Of a DNA stretch of 64,000 nucleotides, positions 8,734 to 17,647 are shown one piece after another. A program made the translations under genes and the position numbers. The notes below the pieces were generated by a model. It did no database searches. It was given only the letters and a program-made list of their open reading frames with translations, and was not told the origin of the DNA. Source of the stretch: a virus (Duplodnaviria > Caudoviricetes); the IMG/VR virus record IMGVR_UViG_3300021093_000004; one strand, written 5' to 3'. Position 1 is the stretch's first letter. Each line of letters opens with the position of its first letter.

Positions 8734-11700
8734 ATGACATCGAATACAACCGGCCCGGTACGAATTGACAGTCGCAAATTCCTTGGTGCATTGAACGATT
8801 CTGCTCAGGCAAAAGTTGCCGTTTTCGAAGAGCGGATCGAACAAATGGGCCGCTCTGCTGGTAAACAGTGGAGACTAGCTGCTCTTCACGCCAAGCAACT
8901 TTATATTGAAGATGTGAATGCGCAACAATTCTTCATTGCAGAACACGTCCGCGAGGCCCATGGCAAGGTCACAATCACTAATATTAGACCTCTCGAAATT
9001 GTTGAAGAAGAAAAGCAAGGTCTGTTTGCTGAAACCTGCGAGAAATTGGTTTCGGCAATTGAAGAAAACGACCAAAAGGGCATGCAGGTTTCATTTGACC
9101 GCATGAAAGCCCAGCGATTCTCAGGTCGGGCTGTTCCTTACTCTGGTGCTGTTCGATGCCGAGATGGTGTTCTGCGACGCATCAGTATTCAACCGAACAA
9201 TGTCAGTCTCGAAAACAATGTGCGGTCAAAACTGGTCGCTGTGATTGTCGAGAATCTGCGAGATCGCGTTCTTGTCGAGAACGGAACAGTCGTCTCCGGT
9301 TCATTCGGCGATGGAGAACCGATCTCGTTGCCTGTCACGAAATGGGCGGCACGAAAGCTGGTCGCTCGACGGATGATGGAAGCCGCCAAGAATGCATACT
9401 GGTCCGAAGGATTCCAAAACCGCGTCTATCACGCTGCCAGATTGGTGTCTGAAGCGAAAATCGACGACGCTGTTCAGGCTGTGACACCATTCTTAGAATC
9501 GATGGAGGAATTCACACTCCTCAATCGTGCTCAATTCCAGACATTGGTTGAGAACGCATTGGCTTCGAAAGCGATTTTCAACCAGCAACTGTGTGATGAC
9601 ACCGCTACGCTCTTCTTCAGAACCAATATGAAGCTGAGCCGCCGTAAGATTATCGATGAATGGAGAAATATTGCCAAGAAGTCGGAACATCCGGCGTTGA
9701 TGGAAAATGTGCGGATTCTCGAAGAATCGAAGAATTTCGAGAGTGCATACCAGAAATTCTTGGCATTGATTTTCGAAACAATTTCAAACCGAGAAGTCGC
9801 CGCCGAAGCTTTGGCCACGACTTTGGATGTCTTGCGAAACAAGACTCCGAAAATTCGGGAGTCGCACGAATTGTCGAGCAAGTTGAGCAGCTTGATCACG
9901 CGGTTGAAGGACAAAAACTTCGACGATGCTGCGATCTATGAAGCCGAGGATTTGATCGCGACAATTCAAGAAGAGCTTGCTGCCGCCGACACACTTCAGG
10001 GATTCGATCAAATGCCACCTGGAGGTGGTCCGGCTGGAAGTGATGCTCTCGATCTTAGTGGCGATCTTGGGGGCGGCGGTGGTGCTCCTGTCATCAATAT
10101 CAACTCTCCGCTGATTCAAATTGGTGGTCAGAGTTCTGGCGGTGGTGCCGGTAAACCGGGTGCTGGAGCCGCTGGAGAAGTCCCTCCGCCTTCGCCAGCC
10201 GGTGGTGACGAAGATCTGGATGCCCTGTTGGGTGCTGGCGGTGGTGCTCCTCCGGCTCCGGCCCCTGCTGCTGCTCCTGCTGCTCCTGCTGCTCCTGCTC
10301 CGGGTGCTCCTCCGGCTCCGGGCGGTGCTCCGCCGATGGAAGGCAAGTACAAGAAGAAAAAACCACTATCAGAATCCCGTCCTGTTCATTATGAGATGAA
10401 GAAGGACGAAGATGACGATATGCCGTGCGATGACGATGAGATTGAGGAAGGCTTAGATCCATATGCTATTCGGCGTGATGAAGGAATCGATCTCTCAGAA
10501 GGTGTTCATATCACTGATTACGGCACGCCGGTAATCACTGATGAAGGAGACCTCGAAAAGATCATCAGAATCATGCAGCGTTTGGCGACCGAAAATCGTC
10601 TGTCTGGTAAGCTTCTCGAACAAAGCCTTCCCAGCATGGCGAAAGCCTCGTTGAAAGCCTTGGGAATGCGAATCCCAGAAGGCAAGATGTCGAGAGCACT
10701 GGAACAGGTTGTAACGTGCTTTTTGGAAAGTGACGACGATAAGGGTGGTCCATTCCCTGGTGCCGCTCCGCCGTTCAAGAAGAGTGGTTCGGACGATTTT
10801 GTTTGTGATGATTCTGGCGATTCCGGCGATTCCGAGAAGCCATGGGAATCAGATGATTCGGACGATGAGGGTGTGGCCGAAGATCAGTACCGAAGCCCAC
10901 GAATTACTCCACGCGGATATGGCCGTGCCAGCGTTGGGAAGACGACCAAGGAAAGCCGCATTAGATGGGGACAGGCACAGAAAGATGCTGTTCTTGGTGA
11001 ATATGCGGGAGTTCGATTCATCTTCGACCATGGTGGCTCTGATGAATCTCTCACTCCTGTCATCTTGAGTGAAGACGGATCGGTTGAAATTCCAATTCCG
11101 AAAGCACTTTATGAAAGCGCGTTTGCCGCTGCGAAGATGAGCTACGGCGATCCGCGTGCATTCACCAAATGGATCAGTGAATCGATTGAGCAATTGCGTC
11201 CAATTGATGACGGTGAAGACAATGCCTTAAACGAGGCCATGGCGAAAATCACGACCGGTCCGGATGGAACGATATCCGTCGAAGTCTCTGATGATATCGA
11301 TGTTGGAAAACTTGGAGCCGGTGGTGAAGGCGGCGATGATGGTATGATCGCCGACATGGGCGACTCCATGGATGATATGGGCGATGCCGGTGATGATACT
11401 TCCGGAATGTCGCCGGTCGATTCTATCAATGCTCCCGGAGATGATGCTGGAGACATGGGTGGCGATGATGATGCCATGCCAGACTTCGAAAATGGCGAAG
11501 ATTCGATGGATGGAGAAGTCGCTGGTCCACCAGAAATGGGAGACGAGGAGGACGAGGAGGAAGAGGAGGAAGTGGAGGAAGAGGACGAAACCGAAGGAAT
11601 GGTCGAAGATCAGGATGTGACCAGTCCATCGAATGCCAAATATACCAAGCACGTAAAGGATAATTTACGTGATATGCCAACTCCGAAGTTGCCGAAGGCC

Positions 11701-11790
11701 ACTGACGACGAGTTAGAGGACATTGGTCCGACCGTCAAGAAGGATGATGGCACCGGAACCAAGCCGCCAACGGCGAAAAAGGGAGATTAG
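8734..11790 (+). CDS. Large acidic low-complexity prohead core/scaffold-like protein
   Basis: 1018 aa: helical N-terminal half, an Ala/Pro/Gly linker and Asp/Glu-rich tracts. Sits between portal and prohead protease, with multiple [ILV]-x-E motifs. Confidence 0.6.
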   Translation: MTSNTTGPVRIDSRKFLGALNDSAQAKVAVFEERIEQMGRSAGKQWRLAALHAKQLYIEDVNAQQFFIAEHVREAHGKVTITNIRPLEIVEEEKQGLFAETCEKLVSAIEENDQKGMQVSFDRMKAQRFSGRAVPYSGAVRCRDGVLRRISIQPNNVSLENNVRSKLVAVIVENLRDRVLVENGTVVSGSFGDGEPISLPVTKWAARKLVARRMMEAAKNAYWSEGFQNRVYHAARLVSEAKIDDAVQAVTPFLESMEEFTLLNRAQFQTLVENALASKAIFNQQLCDDTATLFFRTNMKLSRRKIIDEWRNIAKKSEHPALMENVRILEESKNFESAYQKFLALIFETISNREVAAEALATTLDVLRNKTPKIRESHELSSKLSSLITRLKDKNFDDAAIYEAEDLIATIQEELAAADTLQGFDQMPPGGGPAGSDALDLSGDLGGGGGAPVININSPLIQIGGQSSGGGAGKPGAGAAGEVPPPSPAGGDEDLDALLGAGGGAPPAPAPAAAPAAPAAPAPGAPPAPGGAPPMEGKYKKKKPLSESRPVHYEMKKDEDDDMPCDDDEIEEGLDPYAIRRDEGIDLSEGVHITDYGTPVITDEGDLEKIIRIMQRLATENRLSGKLLEQSLPSMAKASLKALGMRIPEGKMSRALEQVVTCFLESDDDKGGPFPGAAPPFKKSGSDDFVCDDSGDSGDSEKPWESDDSDDEGVAEDQYRSPRITPRGYGRASVGKTTKESRIRWGQAQKDAVLGEYAGVRFIFDHGGSDESLTPVILSEDGSVEIPIPKALYESAFAAAKMSYGDPRAFTKWISESIEQLRPIDDGEDNALNEAMAKITTGPDGTISVEVSDDIDVGKLGAGGEGGDDGMIADMGDSMDDMGDAGDDTSGMSPVDSINAPGDDAGDMGGDDDAMPDFENGEDSMDGEVAGPPEMGDEEDEEEEEEVEEEDETEGMVEDQDVTSPSNAKYTKHVKDNLRDMPTPKLPKATDDELEDIGPTVKKDDGTGTKPPTAKKGD

Positions 11791-11793
11791 TGA

Positions 11794-12576
11794 ATGTTGC
11801 CTAGCCGTCGATCATATGCCACGCTTATGGAAGAGCGTGGTTTCCCTGCCATCAATCGGGGATTAATCGCTGAAACTGGTGTTATTCCTACCGGTATGCA
11901 GCTTATCCGTGATGTTTTCCCATTCGAAATTATTGATCGGAAAGAAACAGTAACGGAAGACGTTAACGGCAAAGAAGTTCCAGTGATGCGAGTCACTGGG
12001 CTTTTCCAAATGGGCGACAAAGAGAACGCCAATCAACGCTTCTATCCAAGCAATGATGTTCTTGCTCCTGCTGTTCGGGGAATTCAAGAAGACGTTTCTC
12101 ATCGAGCCGTGATGGGTGAATTTGACCACCCAGCCGATGCCAAAATCCATCTCGACCGCGTAAGCCATCTGATCACGAAAGTGTGGATGGATGGGAAGAA
12201 GGTATTCGGTGAAGCTGAAGTGCTTCACAAACTGCCTTGCGGTTCATACCTTCGCGGGTTGTTTGAACATAAAGTTCGAGTTGGTATTTCATCCCGTGGT
12301 GTGGGTGATATGGAAGTCGCGGAACACCATGGACATCAGATTTATCGCGTGATGCCTGGATATTCATTTGTGACGTGGGACGCTGTGGCGGAACCGTCAG
12401 TGAATGGGGCAATTCTGCAAATCCAAGAAAGCCTGAGTCGGCGGTTGAAACCAATTAAGGAATCCCGCAATCGATTCAGTCCGCAAGCATACCAAAATCT
12501 CTTGGTTCAAGAGATTGAAAGTTACTTCGGTTTGGACAAGCGTGGACCAAAGATTCCGAGCCGGTCTCGGAGATAA
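11794..12576 (+). CDS. gp21: Prohead core protease (T4 gp21-like)
   Basis: NANQRFYP, GEFDHP, VGISSRGVG and WDAVAEPS motifs. Confidence 0.93.
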   Translation: MLPSRRSYATLMEERGFPAINRGLIAETGVIPTGMQLIRDVFPFEIIDRKETVTEDVNGKEVPVMRVTGLFQMGDKENANQRFYPSNDVLAPAVRGIQEDVSHRAVMGEFDHPADAKIHLDRVSHLITKVWMDGKKVFGEAEVLHKLPCGSYLRGLFEHKVRVGISSRGVGDMEVAEHHGHQIYRVMPGYSFVTWDAVAEPSVNGAILQIQESLSRRLKPIKESRNRFSPQAYQNLLVQEIESYFGLDKRGPKIPSRSRR

Positions 12577-12638
12577 CACTAAGTTTTCTATATTCGAGCA
12601 AAAATAACTTTCAGCAAGCTCGTGAGGAGTAGATTGTT

Positions 12639-13358
12639 ATGAACAAGATCAAGACACTCTTGGAAAAGGCAGGTTGCAACCAGGACTTGGTTGGCAGCAT
12701 CTGCGAGGCCCTTGAGGACTACAAGACAACTCTTCGTGAGCAATACGATTCTGACTACCAGAATCGTATCGAGCAGGCTAAGAAAGTCTGCATCGAAGAG
12801 ACGGAAGCACACAAGAGAGAACTCGCTCGTCGAGTTCAGATCTTCTGTGAGACGAAAGCTGCTGCGATTGAGGCACAGCTTGCTAAGCAGTCGGCCCTTA
12901 GTGAGTCCGAGGCTGTTACCAGGCTTAAGAACGTTATGTCCCTCCTTGAGGGCATCGAGCCGAATGGTGAGCCAAATGGACAAGCTACAGCCGCGTTGGA
13001 CAAGGCAAAGCTCAAGATCCAGCAGGTCAACGAGGAACGCACTCGTGCAGTCGAAGTTGCCAATCGCCAAGTAGCGATCTCCGAGAAAGCTCTCAAGGAG
13101 AATCGACGGTTGGCCGCAGAGAACGCACAACTCAAGCAACGCTTGGGTACGGTCTCTGAGTCACGCCAAACACAAGGCGGACGAAAGAGAATTGACGTAA
13201 GCCGTACTGCCACTCACCCGGTAACGACTCGTCAGACGCTCCTCGAAAATCAGGACCGACGCCAGCCACAACGCAAGGCTTCGCCTGTTCAAACCCAACC
13301 ACAACGTGGGTTTAACATTGGTGACATTGCCGAGGGTATGGACGAAGACCTGATCTAA
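12639..13358 (+). CDS. Prohead scaffolding protein (gp22-like, coiled coil)
   Basis: Coiled-coil Glu/Lys/Ala-rich sequence between protease and major capsid protein. Confidence 0.7.
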   Translation: MNKIKTLLEKAGCNQDLVGSICEALEDYKTTLREQYDSDYQNRIEQAKKVCIEETEAHKRELARRVQIFCETKAAAIEAQLAKQSALSESEAVTRLKNVMSLLEGIEPNGEPNGQATAALDKAKLKIQQVNEERTRAVEVANRQVAISEKALKENRRLAAENAQLKQRLGTVSESRQTQGGRKRIDVSRTATHPVTTRQTLLENQDRRQPQRKASPVQTQPQRGFNIGDIAEGMDEDLI

Positions 13359-13401
13359 CCTGTACCTGAATCGAATACTAACCAATAAGGAGTTTTAGCA
13401 T

Positions 13402-15021
13402 ATGTTACCAACGCGAAGCAGCCGTACTGCGGTGTCTGGCAACGCTCGTCGCCGTCATCTGGTTGAAGGTGCGGGAGCCGGTCGCCGTCCAATTACGGAA
13501 GAAACCGATTTGCACAAGGCATCAGTTTTTCACGAGTCCAAGAAGAATGCACTCGTCAAGAAGTGGTCCCCGGTGCTCAGCAAGTGCCGTGAAGTCACGC
13601 CGCAGAAATTCGGCTTGATGGCGGCAATTCTCGAAAACCAGTACAAGCACAACAATCCGGAAAATCGCTCGGTCATCTTCGAAGACCAGACGACAACCGC
13701 GAACATCGCCGATTTTACTCGGTTCGCTCTTCCGCTCATCCGGAAGTCCTATCCGAAGTTGATTGCTGACAATCTCGTCGGCGTTCAACCGATGAGCCAG
13801 CCAGCCAGCTTGATCTTCTACATCCGATATCGTTACGCTCTCACGAAGGGACAGACGGTTGCCGGAACGCAGATCATGCGTCAGAACACCGCTCAAGGCT
13901 CTGCCCGTCAGAACGGTTGGGCACTTGACCCGTATTACTCTTCGCAAGAAGTTCGTGGCGAAGACGCGACGATTGTCGGTGGCACAGTGATTTCAGCGAC
14001 TCTGGCCCATCGCCCGGTTCTCGCTGGAACGGTCGTGGTCGAAGCATTCGCCAGCGAAGCCGATGCAGGCCCGAACTGCGATGACGCAGTGCCTTGCTTG
14101 CGAGTTACCTTCGATGCGGACGGCAGTCCCGATACCGTGTTGGTTGGTGACTGCACTGAGTTCACCGCTAACATCTCTGTTGATACGGTTACTGCTGGTG
14201 CGACAACCTTCAACCACACAACCGGTGCAGTTCAGATCACTCTGAGTGCCGGTGTTTTCCCGGGTGGAGCTGTCGCACGGGTGAACTACGAGTACGATCT
14301 CGAAGCCAACCCGTTCCAGCCGGAAGTTACGTTGAGCATCGACAGCGATTCGGTCGCTGCTATCACCCGCAAGCTGAAGACCTCTTGGTCGCTGGAAGCC
14401 GCTCAAGACCTGAAGTCGGTGCACAACATCGATGCCGAGAGCACCTTGACGGACTTGATGGCCGACGAAATGGTCGCCGAAATCGACCGCGAAATCATCA
14501 ACGACTTGATCATTTCCGCCTCGATTCGTGCTGATCACAACTTCGCGACGGCAGCCGGTGCATCGGTCAACTTCACAGACCGCAACATCGCGTTGATGTA
14601 CAAGACGCTCGAAGTCGCCAACATCATCCACCGCACCACTCTCCGTGGTCCGGCGAACTGGATGGTGATGAGTGCTGACATCTGCTCGAAGTTCGAGCAG
14701 TTGAATGACTTCCGTGCATCGGACGCCTTCACTACAGAAGGTGTGGATGTCGGCATCATGAACGTCGGCACGATCCAAGGCAAGATGCGGATTTACAAAG
14801 ATCCGCTCTTCCCGAATTGCAAGATCCTGCTCGGATTTAAGGGCAGCAGCGTTCTGGATGCGGGCTACTTCTACGCCCCATACATTCCGTTGCTCAGCAC
14901 GCCGACCGTTCTCGATCCAAACAGCTTCACGCCGAACAAGGGTATCATGACCCGATACGGCAAGAAGCTCATCGAAGACGGTGGTCTGTACTACGCAACC
15001 ATCACGGTCTCTAACCTCTAA
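13402..15021 (+). CDS. gp23: Major capsid protein (T4 gp23-like)
   Basis: LIADNLVGVQPMSQPASLIF, RKLKTSWSLEAAQDLKSVHNIDAE, EIDREII, FYAPYIPL, KGIMTRYG; strong C-ending codon bias. Confidence 0.96.
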   Translation: MLPTRSSRTAVSGNARRRHLVEGAGAGRRPITEETDLHKASVFHESKKNALVKKWSPVLSKCREVTPQKFGLMAAILENQYKHNNPENRSVIFEDQTTTANIADFTRFALPLIRKSYPKLIADNLVGVQPMSQPASLIFYIRYRYALTKGQTVAGTQIMRQNTAQGSARQNGWALDPYYSSQEVRGEDATIVGGTVISATLAHRPVLAGTVVVEAFASEADAGPNCDDAVPCLRVTFDADGSPDTVLVGDCTEFTANISVDTVTAGATTFNHTTGAVQITLSAGVFPGGAVARVNYEYDLEANPFQPEVTLSIDSDSVAAITRKLKTSWSLEAAQDLKSVHNIDAESTLTDLMADEMVAEIDREIINDLIISASIRADHNFATAAGASVNFTDRNIALMYKTLEVANIIHRTTLRGPANWMVMSADICSKFEQLNDFRASDAFTTEGVDVGIMNVGTIQGKMRIYKDPLFPNCKILLGFKGSSVLDAGYFYAPYIPLLSTPTVLDPNSFTPNKGIMTRYGKKLIEDGGLYYATITVSNL

Positions 15022-15049
15022 TCGAGACCATTCGATCCGCATCAATTCG

Positions 15050-15086
15050 AGTGGCCCGGTTGACAACAACCGGGCCACTTTCGTTT
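15050..15086 (+). terminator. Intrinsic terminator after the major capsid gene
   Basis: 13-bp stem AGTGGCCCGGTTG / CAACCGGGCCACT with loop ACAA, followed by TTCGTTT. Confidence 0.8.
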
Positions 15087-15198
15087 ATATGTATTGAAAA
15101 GCGAGGGGCAATTCCCTTGAGAATTATTCACGCAAATTTATCTTGGATGTTGCGTGACATCCTGAAAATACGACCTGTTACCCGTATGGAGATGATGC

Positions 15199-15561
15199 AT
15201 GAAGAATTGGCTTGTAGCACTGTTAGCCCTAGTGGGCTGTGCTAGCCTTGCGGGTATTGCAACCGCGAGCGACGTTCAGTTTGTGACCGGTGGGTGCACT
15301 TCACCAGTTGTTGTGCAGCAGCAATTTGTGGCAAGCCCGTTTGTGATGCGATCATTCGTGTCACAGGTATTCGTTGCTGCTCCGGTGGTTCAACAGCAAT
15401 ATCTCGCGGCTCCGATGGTCCAGCATAAAATCGTCGCGGCTCCGGTTTTCGTTCAACAGCGATTCGTCGCGGCTCCGGTTTTCGTTCAACAGCGATTCGT
15501 CGCGGCTCCGGTGGTTACACGGCGAGTCATTCGCCAACGATCGGTCATCAGAGGCTTTTAA
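15199..15561 (+). CDS. Secreted Val/Gln/Ala-rich repeat protein (planctomycete-like)
   Basis: Signal peptide MKNWLVALLALVGCASLAGIATA followed by FVAAPVxVQQx repeats. Confidence 0.7.
   Translation: MKNWLVALLALVGCASLAGIATASDVQFVTGGCTSPVVVQQQFVASPFVMRSFVSQVFVAAPVVQQQYLAAPMVQHKIVAAPVFVQQRFVAAPVFVQQRFVAAPVVTRRVIRQRSVIRGF
15431..15512 (+). repeat. 33-bp tandem repeat (about 2.5 copies) inside CDS
   Basis: Unit TCGTCGCGGCTCCGGTTTTCGTTCAACAGCGAT. Confidence 0.9.
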
Positions 15562-15595
15562 GCCTTCGTCCGACGTGAAGAGTGACAGCACTGAC

Positions 15596-15626
15596 GTGAG
15601 ACCCGGCCTAAAATGCCGGGTCTTAC
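15596..15626 (+). terminator. Hairpin, probable terminator
   Basis: GTGAGACCCGGC / GCCGGGTCTTAC with a 7-nt loop. Confidence 0.55.
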
Positions 15627-15697
15627 TGTATTTAGGCATCGTTTGGAAGTATTTAAAATCATGCGAGAGTCCAATCGAGTGCCACACGGATCAAGTT

Positions 15698-16195
15698 ATG
15701 ATAACAGTATCTGCCGGATATAAGCAAGAACGTGAAGCATATGTAGTAGGATTTGGTCTTTCTGAAGACAATCTTGTTGAATTGCGGAAATCCCGCCCCA
15801 TCGCTGTTGCTAATGACCGTGTTAAACTTCCCCCACCTGGGTGTGATTTCGTCATTCTCGCTGTGAAAGATCGAGAAGCAATTCAGAATGAATTAGACAC
15901 AATACTATCACGTGTCCCTGTTATGACGGATGCATCTGTTCCAGTCATGTACATTGATAATAGTTTCTATGTCGCTGTTTTGAGTAAATCTGATGGGCGG
16001 ATTCTGTATGTAATCATACTCGATGATATATCTTACCAAAAGCTTCGAGATAAGGTATTTCTCACTTTTCGATCACGTTCCGTTGAGGGTAGTACGACTT
16101 CTATTGAAGTCATTATCTTCTGGGGACTAACCGAAGCTGAGATGAAACAGAAATTCGAAGAACGTGGGCTGATCTTCGACCCGAATATGAATTGA
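15698..16195 (+). CDS. Hypothetical protein
   Basis: 3' part of the 15374..16195 ORF from ATG 15698 (MITVSAGYKQ...). The upstream part is a shadow of the repeat gene. Confidence 0.6.
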   Translation: MITVSAGYKQEREAYVVGFGLSEDNLVELRKSRPIAVANDRVKLPPPGCDFVILAVKDREAIQNELDTILSRVPVMTDASVPVMYIDNSFYVAVLSKSDGRILYVIILDDISYQKLRDKVFLTFRSRSVEGSTTSIEVIIFWGLTEAEMKQKFEERGLIFDPNMN

Positions 16196-16208
16196 TATAT
16201 AAGGTACT

Positions 16209-17108
16209 ATGGCTACCAATTTTGATGATATTACGTTCGACGCACAATCGCATACCTATAGGCTTGGTAATCAGGCTCTGATTCCTGTTACGTCCATTGT
16301 GAAATGGTTGACTCCAGAATTCCGTAGTGACGAAATGTTGGAAACAAAAGCCGCCACATCTGGAAGATCGAAAGCGGATATCCAAGCCGAATGGGATTCG
16401 AAGCGTGATATTGGATTAGACAAAGGTACGCGGGTCCACAATTATATCGAGAATGTTCTTGAAGGACGTGATCCGCGTTTATTGCTTTCTGTCAACGACC
16501 ATTTACATGAAATGAAACAATTTGACATCGCCTGGGGGCGTATGTGCTCCAGATTGTCAGCGAAATTTGATCGTAAGGAGTGGACTGTTGGTGATGCTGA
16601 ATTAGGTGTTGCTGGGCGAGTGGATGCTATTTTACGGATCGTTATTGAATCCGAAGAAAAGCGATGCTTGTTCGACTGGAAGACTGGGAAATTCATGGTT
16701 CGGAAGTATGCTCGTGAAACGATGCTTCCGCCATTTGATGATCTTCCATGTTGTGAAGAAATTAAATATAGTATTCAGTTGAGCCTATATCGCTTGATTA
16801 TCGAACGAAATACCGATGAGCGATTATTCAATGGATTTATTCTACATCTCCCTGCCGAATATCAACACAATCTTTACAATGTAATCGATTTGCGAGAACG
16901 TCTTGAAACGTGGCTGCTTAAAATGCGGGCAGAAGGGCGTCTAGGCGATCCAGAGGGCGACAAGAAAGCCTTGCGAGTGGCTAAATCTCTGGATCAATTC
17001 GATGATGATATTCTTCGAATTCTGTCGCCGCAATCTCGCAAAAAATTGTTATTGAAAGCGGCGAAGTTGTTAAAGCGTGGCCAGCAATATTTTAATGAGC
17101 CGACATAG
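16209..17108 (+). CDS. PD-(D/E)XK nuclease (Cas4/AddB-like exonuclease)
   Basis: PVTSIV, KGTRVHNYIE, E..VGDAELGVAGRVDA, LFDWKTG, QLSLY. Confidence 0.85.
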   Translation: MATNFDDITFDAQSHTYRLGNQALIPVTSIVKWLTPEFRSDEMLETKAATSGRSKADIQAEWDSKRDIGLDKGTRVHNYIENVLEGRDPRLLLSVNDHLHEMKQFDIAWGRMCSRLSAKFDRKEWTVGDAELGVAGRVDAILRIVIESEEKRCLFDWKTGKFMVRKYARETMLPPFDDLPCCEEIKYSIQLSLYRLIIERNTDERLFNGFILHLPAEYQHNLYNVIDLRERLETWLLKMRAEGRLGDPEGDKKALRVAKSLDQFDDDILRILSPQSRKKLLLKAAKLLKRGQQYFNEPT

Positions 17109-17156
17109 AAGAAGGCCGCTTTCACGACCTTCTTCTATGTCGGCTCATTAAAATAT
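17087..17156. repeat. Perfect 29-bp inverted repeat with 12-nt spacer
   Basis: ATATTTTAATGAGCCGACATAGAAGAAGG (17087-17115) is the exact reverse complement of 17128-17156. Confidence 0.95.
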
Positions 17157-17161
17157 AGTGC

Positions 17162-17647
17162 ATGAAACTTCGCACTATACTCGAATTCGTAGAACCTGAG
17201 ATTAATGCGGCAGATCCCGAAGATTGGGAGGCTGCTGATCAGGCAGACCGTATTGCTAGCAATTCGGGAATTAGAATATCTCGGAATAAAGAGTTAACAC
17301 TAGTCGCACAAGTAGGTGGCGAAGTTGTCGGGGCGGTTTGGTCAGCGTTCGAACGTGACGATGAAGCAAGTCAAGAATACGGAGAGGATGTATACCGCTT
17401 CGATTTTGACGTTGCAGTTGATCCAAAATCGCGAGCTATGGGCATGGCGTCTGCTCGGATTGGGCCAAAACTTATTGATGCTGCTTTAGACCACTACCGC
17501 TCACTGAAATCTGAATTTGGAAATGCCTACATCCGTGTGTATGTTGTGAATCCGAAATTAGCCGGTTATCTGGAACGACGTTACGGATTTGAACCGGAAG
17601 GACGTGGATGGTCTCAAGATAGTTTACATATGATTTATCACGGATAA
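17162..17647 (+). CDS. GNAT-family acetyltransferase with MKLRTILE N-terminal tag
   Basis: EVVGAVW, motif A-like VAVDPKSRAMG...IGPKLIDAA, motif B-like LAGYLERRYGF. Confidence 0.65.
   Translation: MKLRTILEFVEPEINAADPEDWEAADQADRIASNSGIRISRNKELTLVAQVGGEVVGAVWSAFERDDEASQEYGEDVYRFDFDVAVDPKSRAMGMASARIGPKLIDAALDHYRSLKSEFGNAYIRVYVVNPKLAGYLERRYGFEPEGRGWSQDSLHMIYHG

Noticed and set aside
10100-11680. Many overlapping antisense and alternate-frame ORFs in the prohead gene (also in MCP, AAA/VWA, fibre and last ORF)
   Set aside because: These are shadows of GC-rich, codon-biased or low-complexity genes, with no SD and no recognisable motifs.
15374-15697. N-terminal extension of the 273-aa ORF
   Set aside because: It is an alternate frame of the repeat gene plus terminator; the plausible start is ATG 15698.
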